Assembly: GCA_963666735.1 (NCBI GenBank)
Contig: OY762926.1
Coordinates: 1,472,001 to 1,536,000 of the forward strand
Length of the DNA: 64,000 nucleotides
Reading direction: 5' to 3'
Source: Gemmatimonadota bacterium
GTDB lineage: Bacteria > Gemmatimonadota > Gemmatimonadetes > Palauibacterales > Palauibacteraceae
The notes below the pieces were generated by a model. The model had not been told where the DNA came from. It searched no databases and worked only from the letters and a program-made list of their open reading frames with translations. Shown here piece after piece: positions 33,184 through 44,396 of the stretch. The translations under genes and the position numbers were made by a program. Every line of letters starts with the position of its first letter. Within the stretch, counting starts at the first letter, position 1.

Positions 33184-34106
33184 CGGTCCTTCCCCTTCAG
33201 GCGCCGCGACCGGTGCGACAGGTAGCGGAAGAGCACGGCGTCGAGCGGCGTCGAGGTGACGACGAGTTCGTGGTCGATCCCGCGCTCGATCATCAGTTTC
33301 GAGATCTCGCCCACATGCCCCTCCACCAGGGAGAGGTACTCCTCGCGCATCACGCCGGGGGTCACCGGAAGCCGCTCTCCCGTCTCCAGGTCCTCGAACG
33401 ACCTCGCAGCCTCGAACGGGAAGTCGACCTCGGCCGGGTCCATGATCCGGAACACGATCACGTCCTGTCCCTTGCCGCGGAGCGCCCCCACCGAGTCGAG
33501 GACGGTCTTCGGTTCCGCGTAGAGATCGGAGACGAGAACGACGATCCCCTTGCGGACCAGGCTCTCGGCCACCTGCGTGAGGGGCCGCGCGAGGTCGCCC
33601 GCCGTCTCGGCGCGGATGCGGTCGAGCGCCGCCAGGATCAGGCGCCGGTGCCGGACCGAGGGGGGGATGTATTCGAGCAGCTTCTCATCGAAGATCGCGG
33701 CGCCCACGCGGTCGCGCTGGCTCGCGGAAAGATAGGCGAGGCAGGCCGTCAGGTAGCGGGCGTAGTCGAGCTTCGTGATCCCGCGCGAGCCGTAGTCCAT
33801 GGAACGGGAGGCGTCCACGGCGAAGAAGACGTTCGCGTTGGTCTCGGCCTCGTACTCCTTGATGTAGTGGCGGTCGGTGCGTCCGTAGACCTTCCAGTCG
33901 ATCTTCCGGATGTCGTCGCCCGGCAGGTACTGGCGGTGCGCCGCGAAATCGAGCGACAGCCCGAGGAAGGGCGACCCGTGCGCGCCCGCGATGAACCCCT
34001 CGACCACGGATCGCGCCACGAGTTCGAGGTTCCCGATCCGCGTGAGCACCGCCGGATCGAGGAACTGCGTCCCCGGAACCGTCCTCGAGACGATTCGCGC
34101 CCGCAT
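33180..34106 (-). CDS. DUF58 family VWA-like protein
   Basis: RQYLPGDDIRKIDWKVYGR, DASRSM, LVSD. Confidence 0.92.
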   Translation of the reverse strand: MRARIVSRTVPGTQFLDPAVLTRIGNLELVARSVVEGFIAGAHGSPFLGLSLDFAAHRQYLPGDDIRKIDWKVYGRTDRHYIKEYEAETNANVFFAVDASRSMDYGSRGITKLDYARYLTACLAYLSASQRDRVGAAIFDEKLLEYIPPSVRHRRLILAALDRIRAETAGDLARPLTQVAESLVRKGIVVLVSDLYAEPKTVLDSVGALRGKGQDVIVFRIMDPAEVDFPFEAARSFEDLETGERLPVTPGVMREEYLSLVEGHVGEISKLMIERGIDHELVVTSTPLDAVLFRYLSHRSRRLKGKDR

Positions 34107-34126
34107 GGCTCAGCCCGGCTCCCCGC

Positions 34127-35227
<1,101 letters not shown>

Positions 35228-35268
35228 GCCGGCTCCTTCCGGGTTCAGTGTCTCGGCTCCACGTGAGC

Positions 35269-36075
35269 TCAATGTGTGAGGGCGTACACCACATAGTTGA
35301 CGCCCAGCTTGTACGCTTCGTTGGACAGGGCGATGGGAACGAACCCCCGGTCCGACCACTCCATGTAGTCGCCAATGTCGTTGTCGTGATTCACGATGAC
35401 CATAAGGCGGCCGTCGGGATCGTTATCCTCGAAGACCCCCCAGTAACTCGCCATCCCGCCCCAGTAGGGATGCGGCATCTCGATGTTGCTCTGCTCCAGG
35501 TGGAAGAACGAGTCGAAGATCGGGTGGCTCACATCGAGTTCCACGAGTTCGAGCCCCGGGAGCAGGACGCCCAGGACCTGCTCCGTCCAGTCGAGATCCC
35601 GCTGGCCGCCCATGTCGTCGATGATGAGGAACCCGCCCTTGCGGAGATAGTTGCTCAGGTTGTCCGCCTCCGCCTCGTTCATGCCCCAGTCGCCGGGCTC
35701 CGAGAGGTACGCGACCGGGAACTTGAACAGGTCCGGGTCGTCCATGGCGAGGACGTTGCCGCCCCCGCGCCGCGGGCCGATGGTCGTGAGCGCGTCCATG
35801 ATCTCGCCGAAGTTGCGCTCGGCCACGGGCCAGTCGTGCGACCAGCCCGGGTTCCAGCCCCGGCCGCCCGTCCGGTAGTAGAGGCGGACGAAGGTGAACT
35901 CGCCCGTGTAGGGCGTGTTGTACTCCTGGTAGGCGCCGAGGTCGTCCCCGAATCCGCCGCCGCGGCGTCCGCGCCCGCGCTGGCCCTCGAGGTCGGCGGC
36001 GGCGAGCAGCGTGAGCAGCGTGGCGAGGACGCCGGTCGCGAGACGGCGGGCCGCGGGTCGGGTCCGCGCGGTCAT
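35269..36075 (-). CDS. DUF4159 family secreted protein
   Basis: Signal peptide, FTFVRL.Y, WSHDWP, YLRKGGFLIIDD, LGVNYVVYALTH. Confidence 0.85.
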   Translation of the reverse strand: MTARTRPAARRLATGVLATLLTLLAAADLEGQRGRGRRGGGFGDDLGAYQEYNTPYTGEFTFVRLYYRTGGRGWNPGWSHDWPVAERNFGEIMDALTTIGPRRGGGNVLAMDDPDLFKFPVAYLSEPGDWGMNEAEADNLSNYLRKGGFLIIDDMGGQRDLDWTEQVLGVLLPGLELVELDVSHPIFDSFFHLEQSNIEMPHPYWGGMASYWGVFEDNDPDGRLMVIVNHDNDIGDYMEWSDRGFVPIALSNEAYKLGVNYVVYALTH

Positions 36076-38708
36076 CGCCGGTCCTCCGGGTCGCCGCGGA
36101 TCTCGAGCAGGAGGTCGAGCGCGGCCTCGAAATTGGGGGCGATCTCCAGGGCGTCGAGCACCGCGCTGCGCGCGCTTCGGGCGTCCCCGCCCCGGTGCAG
36201 CGCGAGGGCAAGCCGGTAGTGGGCTTCGGCGAGATCGGCCGGAGCCAGCGCCAGGAGCGCCCGCCGTTCCAGCGCCGCCTCGGACCAGCGCTCCGCGGCC
36301 TCGTAGCCGGAGGCGAGCCGCGTGTGCAGGTCGAGGTGGAAGGGATCGATCCAGATCGCGCGTTCCAGCGCTTCGCGGGCGGCCGCATCGTTGCCGAGCG
36401 CCTGTTCGAGGTCCGCCAGCGCGAGGTGCGCCTCGAAGTGGTTTTCGTTGAGGGCCGTGTACGTCCGGTACGCCTCCGCGGCCCGCGCGAGGTCGCCCGC
36501 CTCGCGGCGGAGCTGGCCGAGAATGAGGACCGGCGCGTCGGGCCCGGCGTACTCCGGGAAGACCTCGCGCGCCCTTTCCAGCGCCTCCATCGCGTCCTCC
36601 GTGCGGCCCGCGCGCTGTGCCTCCGCCGCCGCCATGAGCAGTCCGGCGAAGGTGTCGGGACCGGGCGGCGCGCCGGCTTCGGGGTCGCCCAGCGCCTTCA
36701 GCGTCGGACCGAAGCGGGTCTCGATGTAGTCCCGCAACTCCCGGTCGAGGGCCGGGAGCGTCGTCCCCAGCGCCCGTTCCACGACCTCCGGCGTCTCCAG
36801 TCCGTCGCGATACCCGGCGAGCATGGCGAGAACGGCGTCGAAACCGCGCGTCGTCTCGATCATCTCGCACAGGAGGGAGGCCATGTAGTAGGCGTGCTGC
36901 ACCTGTCCGGGGTAGGCGGGCCGCACGAAGCCGTAGTTGAAGCGTTCGAGCGAGGGCAGCCGCTCGTCCCGGAAGGCCGCGAGGAAGCCGGGGTCCACGT
37001 CGGATCCCCACCCTTCGCGCGCGTGCCGCTCGTCCAGGACCGCGAGTCCCTCGGACAGCCAGCGGGGGACGCGGTGCCCGGTGTAGCCGAGCGTGAACGC
37101 GTGCGAGATCTCGTGCCACAGCGTCGAGCCCCAGTTGAACGCGCCGCCCGGGCGCGCGCCGGGGGAGTCCATGGCGAGGACGGAACCGAAGCTCACGCCG
37201 AGCGCGCCGATGCCCGCGAGTCCGACCGTGCGCACGGAGAAATCCGCGTGCCGGTCGTAGACCTCGACCGAGATCGGTGTCGGCGGCTCGAACCCGTAGC
37301 GGGCGCTCAGGGCGTCGAACGCTTCCTCGGCGAGCGCCGTGGCGTAGATGGAGAGGGCGCCGGCCTCCTTCGGGTGCATGGAGAAACGGAAGCGGGGACT
37401 CTCCACCGTCTCGAACCCGGCCAGTTCCTCGAGCAGGTCGAGCGTATTGAACACCCAGACGTTGAACGGGTCGCCCGCGAAGGAGGCCTCGAGGGTGGCG
37501 CGTCCCGCCTCGATTTCGCCCGTGCGGAGCTGGTTCAGGCCGAGTTCCGCCCTGCCGGGCCAAGACAGGGGATCGAGAGCCACGGCCTGATGCGCGAACT
37601 CCACCGCATCGGCGTACCGGTGCGTGCGGTAGGCGACCTGCGCGAGGGCCACGTAGAGGCCGGCATGCCGCGGATCCAGCCGCAGCACGCGGTCGCGCGC
37701 CTCCGCGAAGGCGGCGGCGTCCCCCCGAAGGTGAGCGGCCGCCGCGATCTCCGTCCATGCGGAGAGGGAGACGGGGTTCGTCTCCAGCGCTCGCCGGGCC
37801 TCCGCCTCGGCCTCGTCCACGTCCTCGAGCTCCAGGTAGAGTCGCGCCATGAAGGCCCGAGCCTCCGTGAGGCGGGGGTTCGTCTCCAGCGCCTGCCCGG
37901 CGAGTTCGAGCGCCTCCGCGGAACCGTCGAACTTCGCGCGGCGCGCCTTCGCGAGGAGGGCGCGCGCGTGGGCCGGGTTCCGCGCCAGCGCCTCGTCGAT
38001 CAGCGGCCCGGCCTCGAAGCTGTCGTACTTGCCGAGAAAGAGGAGTCCGAGGTCGATGCGCGGCTCGGGGTCGCCGGGGTCGGCTGCGATGGCCTCCTCG
38101 AAAGCGCGCACGGCGTCGTGGAAGAGGTCGGGGTCGCGGGCTCCGAGGTAGGTGAGCGCGGCGCCGACGGCGCGGAGTTCCTCCGAGTCGAGACGGCGGG
38201 CGCGGTTGTAGAAATCGATGAACCCGTCGAACAGGGCGAGGGCTTCCTCGCGCTCGCCGCGGTCGAAGAGGAGGCGGCCCAGGTCGAGCCGCGCGAGCTG
38301 GGCGTCGCCGGCCCGGCCTTCGATGGCCCGGCGGAAGCTCGCTTCCGCGTCGTCGAGACGCCCGAGGGCGTACAGCATACTTCCGCGTGCGCGCGCGAGT
38401 TCGGTCTCCGCGCCGGCGCCGTCCGGGACGCGCGCGGCGGCGCGGTCGAGCGCTTCGAGCGCGGATTCGTACTCTCCGGTCGCGGCGAGCGCGCGCGCCC
38501 AACCGCGCGCCGAGGCCGGGAATTCGTGCCCGGAGCGGGCCAGCGACCGGTAGGCCGAGACCGCCTGGGCGTAGTCGCCGGTCTGGTGCGCTTCGAGGGC
38601 GCCAGCCAGGGGACCGCCGTCGTCGTCCGCGCCCGCCCGCTCCTGTGCGCGCCCCGGCAGCGGCGCTCCGAGCACCAGCGTGAGCATCAGCGGCAGCGCG
38701 AACCGCAT
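36072..38708 (-). CDS. Secreted TPR protein with gluzincin (peptidase MA-like) domain
   Basis: Signal peptide, many TPRs, LWHEISH followed by PRWLSEGLA. Confidence 0.82.
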   Translation of the reverse strand: MRFALPLMLTLVLGAPLPGRAQERAGADDDGGPLAGALEAHQTGDYAQAVSAYRSLARSGHEFPASARGWARALAATGEYESALEALDRAAARVPDGAGAETELARARGSMLYALGRLDDAEASFRRAIEGRAGDAQLARLDLGRLLFDRGEREEALALFDGFIDFYNRARRLDSEELRAVGAALTYLGARDPDLFHDAVRAFEEAIAADPGDPEPRIDLGLLFLGKYDSFEAGPLIDEALARNPAHARALLAKARRAKFDGSAEALELAGQALETNPRLTEARAFMARLYLELEDVDEAEAEARRALETNPVSLSAWTEIAAAAHLRGDAAAFAEARDRVLRLDPRHAGLYVALAQVAYRTHRYADAVEFAHQAVALDPLSWPGRAELGLNQLRTGEIEAGRATLEASFAGDPFNVWVFNTLDLLEELAGFETVESPRFRFSMHPKEAGALSIYATALAEEAFDALSARYGFEPPTPISVEVYDRHADFSVRTVGLAGIGALGVSFGSVLAMDSPGARPGGAFNWGSTLWHEISHAFTLGYTGHRVPRWLSEGLAVLDERHAREGWGSDVDPGFLAAFRDERLPSLERFNYGFVRPAYPGQVQHAYYMASLLCEMIETTRGFDAVLAMLAGYRDGLETPEVVERALGTTLPALDRELRDYIETRFGPTLKALGDPEAGAPPGPDTFAGLLMAAAEAQRAGRTEDAMEALERAREVFPEYAGPDAPVLILGQLRREAGDLARAAEAYRTYTALNENHFEAHLALADLEQALGNDAAAREALERAIWIDPFHLDLHTRLASGYEAAERWSEAALERRALLALAPADLAEAHYRLALALHRGGDARSARSAVLDALEIAPNFEAALDLLLEIRGDPEDRR

Positions 38709-38743
38709 CGGAGGCGCGGCTGACCGGACGGCGGGGCGCGGGG

Positions 38744-39787
38744 TCAGCCGCACGGGTCGCTCCCGCCCTCGCGGAGGGCGCGGTTGATGCGGGCGAGTTC
38801 GACGAGGAGCGTCTCGAGCTGCGCGTCGTATTCCTCCTCCTCCATCTCGTCGCGGCGCGCCCGGAGGGCGGCGATCCCCTCTTCCACCTCGCGCTTCCGC
38901 GCCAGGAGCGCGGCCACGGCCGGGTCGTCCGCCGCCCCCGCGAGCGCGGCCGGCGCCTGGGCGAGGAAGAACCGGTTCGCGAGCATCCCGTCGGGTCCGT
39001 CCGGACTCGGCTCGAGCGATCCCTCGCCGTCCCCGTCGTCGTCGAGCAGGGCGTGTTCGGTCAGCATCTCGTTGTCCCGCTCGTACCGGCGGCGGACCTC
39101 GCCGGTCGCGTAGCGGAAGGCTTCGAGCAGCGACACGCGCTCGTCCTTGTCCACGTCCGCCTCGTCGAGCGCGAAGGCGTCGACGAAAAAGCCGCCGAAG
39201 TGGGTCCGCTCGCGTTCGCGCGGGGAGCGCGTGGCCGTCACGACGATGCGCCGCTCGCCCGCGACCGCGGGCACGAACCCGCCGCTGGCGCTCGCCGCGT
39301 TCACGACCGCCACGGTCTGGGTCGGGAACGCGTGGAGCCACATCGAGAGCGCGTCCGCGGACAGGTCCGGGCCGGGCAGGCTGAAGCGCGACTCCTCGCC
39401 GCGGCCGCTCCCGTGGCCGAGCAGGAGGATGAGCGCCACGTCCGAGGGCCCCGCCCGGTTCGCCATCGCGAGCACTTCCCTCTCCACCGCTTCCAGGGTG
39501 GCCCGGTCGGCGACGCGGGGGGACAGCGCCTCGTCTTCCGCGAGCCATGTGACGGTCTCGCGCACGCCGAACCGCAGGTCGAGCGCGTCGAGCAGCGACT
39601 CGGCTTCCGCCCGGAACTGCTCGGAGTACTCCGGCGCGCCCCCGAGGCCGCTGACGATGAGTACATGGGTCCGCGGCGCGGCGGGCCCCTGAACCGGGGG
39701 AGCGTGGCCGGACGCCGCGCCGGCGCCGAGGAGCAGCGCCGGGACGAGCACCGCGGAGACCGAAGTGAGCCGCGCGCCCCGGGTCAC
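38744..39787 (-). CDS. Secreted caspase/C13-fold-like protein with C-terminal coiled coil
   Basis: LILLLGHGS, then VVNAASASG in the usual D(A/S)C position, VVTAT; GTG start overlaps upstream stop. Confidence 0.6.
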   Translation of the reverse strand: MTRGARLTSVSAVLVPALLLGAGAASGHAPPVQGPAAPRTHVLIVSGLGGAPEYSEQFRAEAESLLDALDLRFGVRETVTWLAEDEALSPRVADRATLEAVEREVLAMANRAGPSDVALILLLGHGSGRGEESRFSLPGPDLSADALSMWLHAFPTQTVAVVNAASASGGFVPAVAGERRIVVTATRSPRERERTHFGGFFVDAFALDEADVDKDERVSLLEAFRYATGEVRRRYERDNEMLTEHALLDDDGDGEGSLEPSPDGPDGMLANRFFLAQAPAALAGAADDPAVAALLARKREVEEGIAALRARRDEMEEEEYDAQLETLLVELARINRALREGGSDPCG

Positions 39788-42231
39788 GCGAGATCCTTCC
39801 GCCGACGGTACGCCCACTCTCCGCCCAGCAGTCCCGCCAGAAGGAGGAACAGAATGGGCATGTCCCACAGCGAGCGCTCCTCGTACACGGTGTCGCCGCT
39901 CTCCGTGTACAGGATCTCGTCGGCCATCACCTGCGCCTCGTCCGCCGTGTAGAACCGCCCCCCCGTCTCGTCGGCGATCCGGCGCAGCAGTTCCGTGCGG
40001 CGCCCGGCCCCGAACTCCTCGATCCGGGGCGTCCCCGCCCGGAAGAAACTCACTTCTTGCGCGATGTCGCGGCTCGTCTCCGCCCCGGCCCCCGCGCCCC
40101 CGATCCGGGCTCCCTCGGCGCGAACCTGCACGCTGTACAGCCCCGGCTCCCGCGGCACGAAACGTCCTTCGTACTCCCCATCCCGCTCCACGGTCCAGTC
40201 GAGCCGGACCTCCGACTCGGTCCCGTCCGGCCCGGTGACGCTGGCGACGACATCCGCTCCGTTCACGCGCAGGTAGCGCTCATCCTCGACGTCGGCCCGG
40301 ATCCGGAGCGGCTCGCCCATGGGCACCACGTCCTCCCCCGCATCGAGTTGGATGCGGCCCGGCGTGTCATGCACGAGCCAGCGCAGCAATTGCCGCCACA
40401 GCGTTTCGTGCGTCTCGTCCTCCAGGGGGATGTCCGCGTGCATCTGCCACAGCCACGAGTCCTGCGTGGCGAATACGATGGACGTCCCGCGCCCGTACCT
40501 CTGGTGCGCGAGGAGGAGGCGCGGTTCGCCGTCGGCCGGCACCCCCCGGAGGAGGTCGACGGCCCCCGGCTTCAACCCGGTCACGAACACGCGGTTCACC
40601 GACGTCAAAGGCGGAAGCTCCGTCCAGCGTTCGCCGGAGGCCTCGGCCGTCTCCGCGATCCGCATGGCCGCGTGCCGCCGGCCGGCCAGGGTGAGTTCCG
40701 CCGAGACCTCGAGCACGTCCGGCTCGCCCGCTCCCTCGAGCACCACCGGCAGCGCGTCGGCCAGCGGCGTCCCCGAGTAACCGCCCTCCCCGAGCGACCG
40801 CCGCCCGCCCAGCACGAGGAGGCCGCCCCCCCGCTGCGCCACGAAATCCGCCATCATCTGCAACTGGTCGTGCGTGAAAAAGCTCGCCTCCACGCTCCCC
40901 AGGACCAGCCCGTCGTACTCGTACAACTCCTCGCGCGTGGCCGGGAACCCGCCCGCGAGTTCGCCCGGCCCCTCCACGTCGAGCCTAAGGTACTTCTCGT
41001 CGGCCGTCCTCAGGAGCGTGACGACGTGCAGGTTCTCGTCTTCCGCCACGGCGCGGCGCACGAACTTGTTTTCCGGCCGCGGCGAGCCCTCGAAGTAGAG
41101 GATCTTCCGGCGCGTGTCCCCGACCTCCACCAGGACCTGGCGCTCGTTGTTGCCGGTCAGCGCCTCTCCCTCCTGCGGATCCACGAAGAAACGGATCGCG
41201 CGGGGGCCCGACTCCTCCAGCGTGAACTGGAGTTGCACGGCTTCCTCGCCATCCGGCCCCAGCGTGAGATTGTGCGTGCCCACGATGCGCCCCTCGTCCT
41301 CCACATCGAGGCGCACCGTGCGCCCGGCCAGCCCCGCGTGGGAGACGACGACGTCGGCCACGACCGTGGTCCCCTCGAGCGCGGCGCGCGGCACCTCCAC
41401 GCGACGCACCTCGACATCGGGGGCGATGCGTTCCGCGCCCATTCCGATCGTGTAGATGGGGATCCCCGCGGCGCGCGCCGACAGCAGCGCCTCCGAGAGG
41501 GGCGGGATCGCTTCGTCGTCGTTGTCCGCGCCGTCGGAGACGACGACGATCCCGGACAGGGGCAGTCCGGCCATCTCCTGCTGCACGCGCGTGAGCCCGG
41601 CGGCGAGGTTCGTGCGGGGCCCGGTGAAGGCCATCTCGCCCGCCGCGTCGATCCGGTCCGCGTCAGAGTCGAACCCGTACATCCTCAGGCGGAAGCGGTC
41701 CTCGAGCGCCTGCCTCAGCGCGCCCTCGCCCTGCTCCGTCTCGAACGCCCGCCCATCGCCGGGGTCCGCGGTCGCGGGATCCATGGCGGCGGAACCCGAT
41801 ACGCCCGGGTCGGCGGCCAGGGGGCCGGCCGGCGGATCCGCCGTCCCGTCCCCCGCATCCTCCTCCGCCCCGCCGAAGAGGTCGAGCATCCGTTGCGCAC
41901 GCGTTTCCCCGTTCTCGTCCGCCACCCGCATGCTGCGCGAATCGTCGAGCAGGACCGCCACGAAGTTCCGCCGCGGGACGACCGTCGAGACGAGAAGCAC
42001 CGGCCGGAGCAGGAGGAAGGCGAGAACCCCGAGCGCCGCGGCCCGCAGCCCCATGAGAACCCAGCGGTCGCGCGCTTCCACGGTGGGTCCGGCGCGGCGG
42101 TATTCGAGTGCGAACCAGACGATGGCCGCCACACCGAGGAAGACGAGCATCACCCCCCACCACGGGGCGGCGAGGGAGAGATCGCCGCGCTCGAACACGA
42201 CGGGTCTGTATTTGAAGAGAAACTCGAACAC
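39784..42231 (-). CDS. Membrane VWA + glutamine-amidotransferase-like domain protein
   Basis: MFEFLFKY, two TMs, DDSRSM, VVVSDG, GGGLLVLGG, C-terminal EWAYRRRKDLA. Confidence 0.82.
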   Translation of the reverse strand: MFEFLFKYRPVVFERGDLSLAAPWWGVMLVFLGVAAIVWFALEYRRAGPTVEARDRWVLMGLRAAALGVLAFLLLRPVLLVSTVVPRRNFVAVLLDDSRSMRVADENGETRAQRMLDLFGGAEEDAGDGTADPPAGPLAADPGVSGSAAMDPATADPGDGRAFETEQGEGALRQALEDRFRLRMYGFDSDADRIDAAGEMAFTGPRTNLAAGLTRVQQEMAGLPLSGIVVVSDGADNDDEAIPPLSEALLSARAAGIPIYTIGMGAERIAPDVEVRRVEVPRAALEGTTVVADVVVSHAGLAGRTVRLDVEDEGRIVGTHNLTLGPDGEEAVQLQFTLEESGPRAIRFFVDPQEGEALTGNNERQVLVEVGDTRRKILYFEGSPRPENKFVRRAVAEDENLHVVTLLRTADEKYLRLDVEGPGELAGGFPATREELYEYDGLVLGSVEASFFTHDQLQMMADFVAQRGGGLLVLGGRRSLGEGGYSGTPLADALPVVLEGAGEPDVLEVSAELTLAGRRHAAMRIAETAEASGERWTELPPLTSVNRVFVTGLKPGAVDLLRGVPADGEPRLLLAHQRYGRGTSIVFATQDSWLWQMHADIPLEDETHETLWRQLLRWLVHDTPGRIQLDAGEDVVPMGEPLRIRADVEDERYLRVNGADVVASVTGPDGTESEVRLDWTVERDGEYEGRFVPREPGLYSVQVRAEGARIGGAGAGAETSRDIAQEVSFFRAGTPRIEEFGAGRRTELLRRIADETGGRFYTADEAQVMADEILYTESGDTVYEERSLWDMPILFLLLAGLLGGEWAYRRRKDLA

Positions 42232-42415
42232 GCGCTGGCCAGCCCTTCTCTTCCCTCGGACGGTCGCGGGAGCCGGGCCGCGGCGCCGGGCTCGTGTCCC
42301 AGGGCGCGCGCGGACGGCTCCAACCTACGGGATGCCGACTGCTCTATGAAACAAGGCGTGGCTGCCGATCGTTGCTCGCCTGCGGCTGACTGGCGCTTGC
42401 AGCCAAACTGGGTCT

Positions 42416-42607
42416 GCGGAGACGCCGATGGACTTCGCGGACGCCTCCCCGGTCTGCGTGGGGGAGCGCTCGGGCATCGATCGGGTGTTCACGCTCGACC
42501 GGCGGCACTTCTCCGCGTACCGCATGAGGCGCGGTTACCGCCATGTGCCGTTCACGATCATCGACCGGACAGCGTCGGCATGGGGGCCGCCGCGCATGAG
42601 ATCGTAA
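42416..42607 (+). pseudogene. C-terminal remnant of a PIN/VapC toxin
   Basis: Own translation: PMDFADASPVCVGERSGIDRVFTLDRRHFSAYR. Confidence 0.75.
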
Positions 42608-44022
42608 GCCTTGAGCGCTCGCCGCCGGGCCTCCGCGTGGTCGACGATCGGTAGCGGGTAGTCTCGGCCGAGTCGGACTCCGGCTCCGCTCAGTACTTCG
42701 CCGGGAGCCTCCCACGGCTGATGGAGCCAGCGGTCGGGGAGGCGCGAGAGCTCCGGCACCCAGCGGCGGACGTAGACGCCGGCCGGGTCGAACTTCTCGG
42801 CCTGCCTCACGGGGTTGAAGATACGGAAGAACGGCTGGGCATCGGCGCCCGAACCGGCGACCCACTGCCAGTTCGCCACGTTGTTGGCGAGATCGGCGTC
42901 CACGAGGGTGTCCCGGAACCACGCCTCTCCGTGCCGCCAGTGGACGAGCAGATCCTTGGTCAGGAAGGACGCGACGATCATCCGCGCCCGGTTGTGCATC
43001 CAGCCGGTGTGCCAGAGTTCGCGCATCCCGGCGTCCACGATCGGGTAGCCGGTGCGGCCCTCCTGCCAGGCGGCGAGCGACTGTGGGTCGTCGCGCCACG
43101 GGAAGCGGTCGAAGGCGGGCCGCCAATTCTCTGTCGCCATGTGCGGGAAACGGACCAGCAGGTGATGGTTGAAGTCGCGCCACGCGAGTTCGCGAAGGAG
43201 GGCTTCGGCGCCGGTCGCGGCGGGGGCGGCGGCTTCGATGAGCGGAGCGGCGGCGCGCCACACCTGGTGCGGCCCGATCTCGCCCCAGTGCAGGTGCGCG
43301 GAGAGTCGTGAGCTGCCTGCCAGGTCCGGCCGGTCGCGGTCGCTCCCGTATCGTTCGACCGCATCCTCCATGAAACCGGCGAGCCGCCGCCGGGCCGCGG
43401 CCTCCCCCGCCTCCCAGGTCTCCCGGAGTCCCCCGGCCCAGTCGGGCGCCGTGGGCTGCAGCCGCCAGTCCTCGAGGCGGTCGCTCGCAATCGCCGGGCC
43501 GGGGGCCGGCCGCTTCGGCGCCGGGTGCGGCAGCGGCGCCCGGTACGACTCCCGGAGCCGTCGCCAGAAGGGGGTGAAGACCTTGTAGGGCGCCCCTTGG
43601 CGGGTCAGGATCTCGCCCGGCTCGATGAGGAGCGAGCCTCCGTAGCTTTCCGTCTCGACGCCGGAGGCACGAAGCGCGGTTTCGACGTTCGAGTCGCACG
43701 CGATGGACGCGGGCTCATGGCACCGGTTCCACACTACGCGGCCCGCACCCATCTCCCGCACCACTTCGTGGAGGACATCGGCGGCCGGAGCCCGCCGCAG
43801 GCAGAGGGAGAGCCCGAGCCCCGCGAGATCTCCCGCCAGCGAGCGCAGGCTCTCGTGCAGCCACCAGCGGGACGCCCCGCCGAGCGGCCGAACCCCCGGG
43901 CTCTCCTCGTCCAGCACGAACAGAGGGACGACGGGCCGTCCCGACGCGGCGCCCTCGGCGAGGGCCGGGTTGTCGTGGATGCGCAGGTCCCGCCTGAACC
44001 AGACGACAACCGGGGCCATCAT
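42535..44022 (-). CDS. phrB: Deoxyribodipyrimidine photolyase
   Basis: WFRRDLRIHDNPAL, SRLSAHL, GRTGYPIVDAGMREL, WMHNRARM, RIFNP. Confidence 0.93.
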   Translation of the reverse strand: MMAPVVVWFRRDLRIHDNPALAEGAASGRPVVPLFVLDEESPGVRPLGGASRWWLHESLRSLAGDLAGLGLSLCLRRAPAADVLHEVVREMGAGRVVWNRCHEPASIACDSNVETALRASGVETESYGGSLLIEPGEILTRQGAPYKVFTPFWRRLRESYRAPLPHPAPKRPAPGPAIASDRLEDWRLQPTAPDWAGGLRETWEAGEAAARRRLAGFMEDAVERYGSDRDRPDLAGSSRLSAHLHWGEIGPHQVWRAAAPLIEAAAPAATGAEALLRELAWRDFNHHLLVRFPHMATENWRPAFDRFPWRDDPQSLAAWQEGRTGYPIVDAGMRELWHTGWMHNRARMIVASFLTKDLLVHWRHGEAWFRDTLVDADLANNVANWQWVAGSGADAQPFFRIFNPVRQAEKFDPAGVYVRRWVPELSRLPDRWLHQPWEAPGEVLSGAGVRLGRDYPLPIVDHAEARRRALKAYDLMRGGPHADAVRSMIVNGTWR

Positions 44023-44156
44023 GGTGTGACGATCACAGCTTTTCGCGGCTCGGTGCGCAGAGCATCGATCTTCTTGTCGAGGGCGGCTCGTCGCTTCGGG
44101 GGCTCGATGGATGCCAAGCCCCGTAGGGCCCGACGGGTGTAGCTGAGGTCAGGCAG
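44019..44156 (-). pseudogene. Truncated RelE/ParE-like toxin
   Basis: Own translation LPDLSYTRRALRGLASIEPPKRRAALDKKIDALRTEPR resembles the RelE N-terminal half; the C-terminal sheet is missing. Confidence 0.5.
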
Positions 44157-44160
44157 CGTC

Positions 44161-44343
44161 CTAACGGAGAATCTCTTCGCGGGCCGCTTCCAGTTCCATG
44201 CCGCTTACAATCTGATTCGGATCGTTGCGGACCCGTTCTTCTTCATCACGAACGACCTTGGCGTAGAACTCATCCTCCCGTGCCCGCCGTCGTTCCCGCG
44301 ACACGAGCTTGCGGGAAAACTCCGTCCAGATTTGTGGCGACAT
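44161..44343 (-). CDS. Small hypothetical protein, possible antitoxin
   Basis: 60 aa with GGGGAG RBS, charged, directly upstream of the RelE-like remnant. Confidence 0.45.
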   Translation of the reverse strand: MSPQIWTEFSRKLVSRERRRAREDEFYAKVVRDEEERVRNDPNQIVSGMELEAAREEILR

Positions 44344-44396
44344 GCTCTCGCTCCCCGTATGTAATTCCAGACATGGGATGGTACTCTCTTGTCGTA

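Noticed and set aside
28216..33225. 1669-aa plus-strand ORF
   Set aside because: Antisense shadow of the DUF4175-like and BatA genes; no motifs; expected from high-GC codon bias.
35269..39548. 1077-aa and 1158-aa ORFs as fusion proteins
   Set aside because: N-terminal parts are off-frame overlaps; signal-peptide starts are at 36075 and 38708.
42345..42412. attC-like stretch (AACAAGGCGTGGCTGC...GCAGCCAAAC)
   Set aside because: No properly placed GTT R' box, no integrase, no cassette array; at most a relic. An IntegronFinder attC model hit would reopen it.
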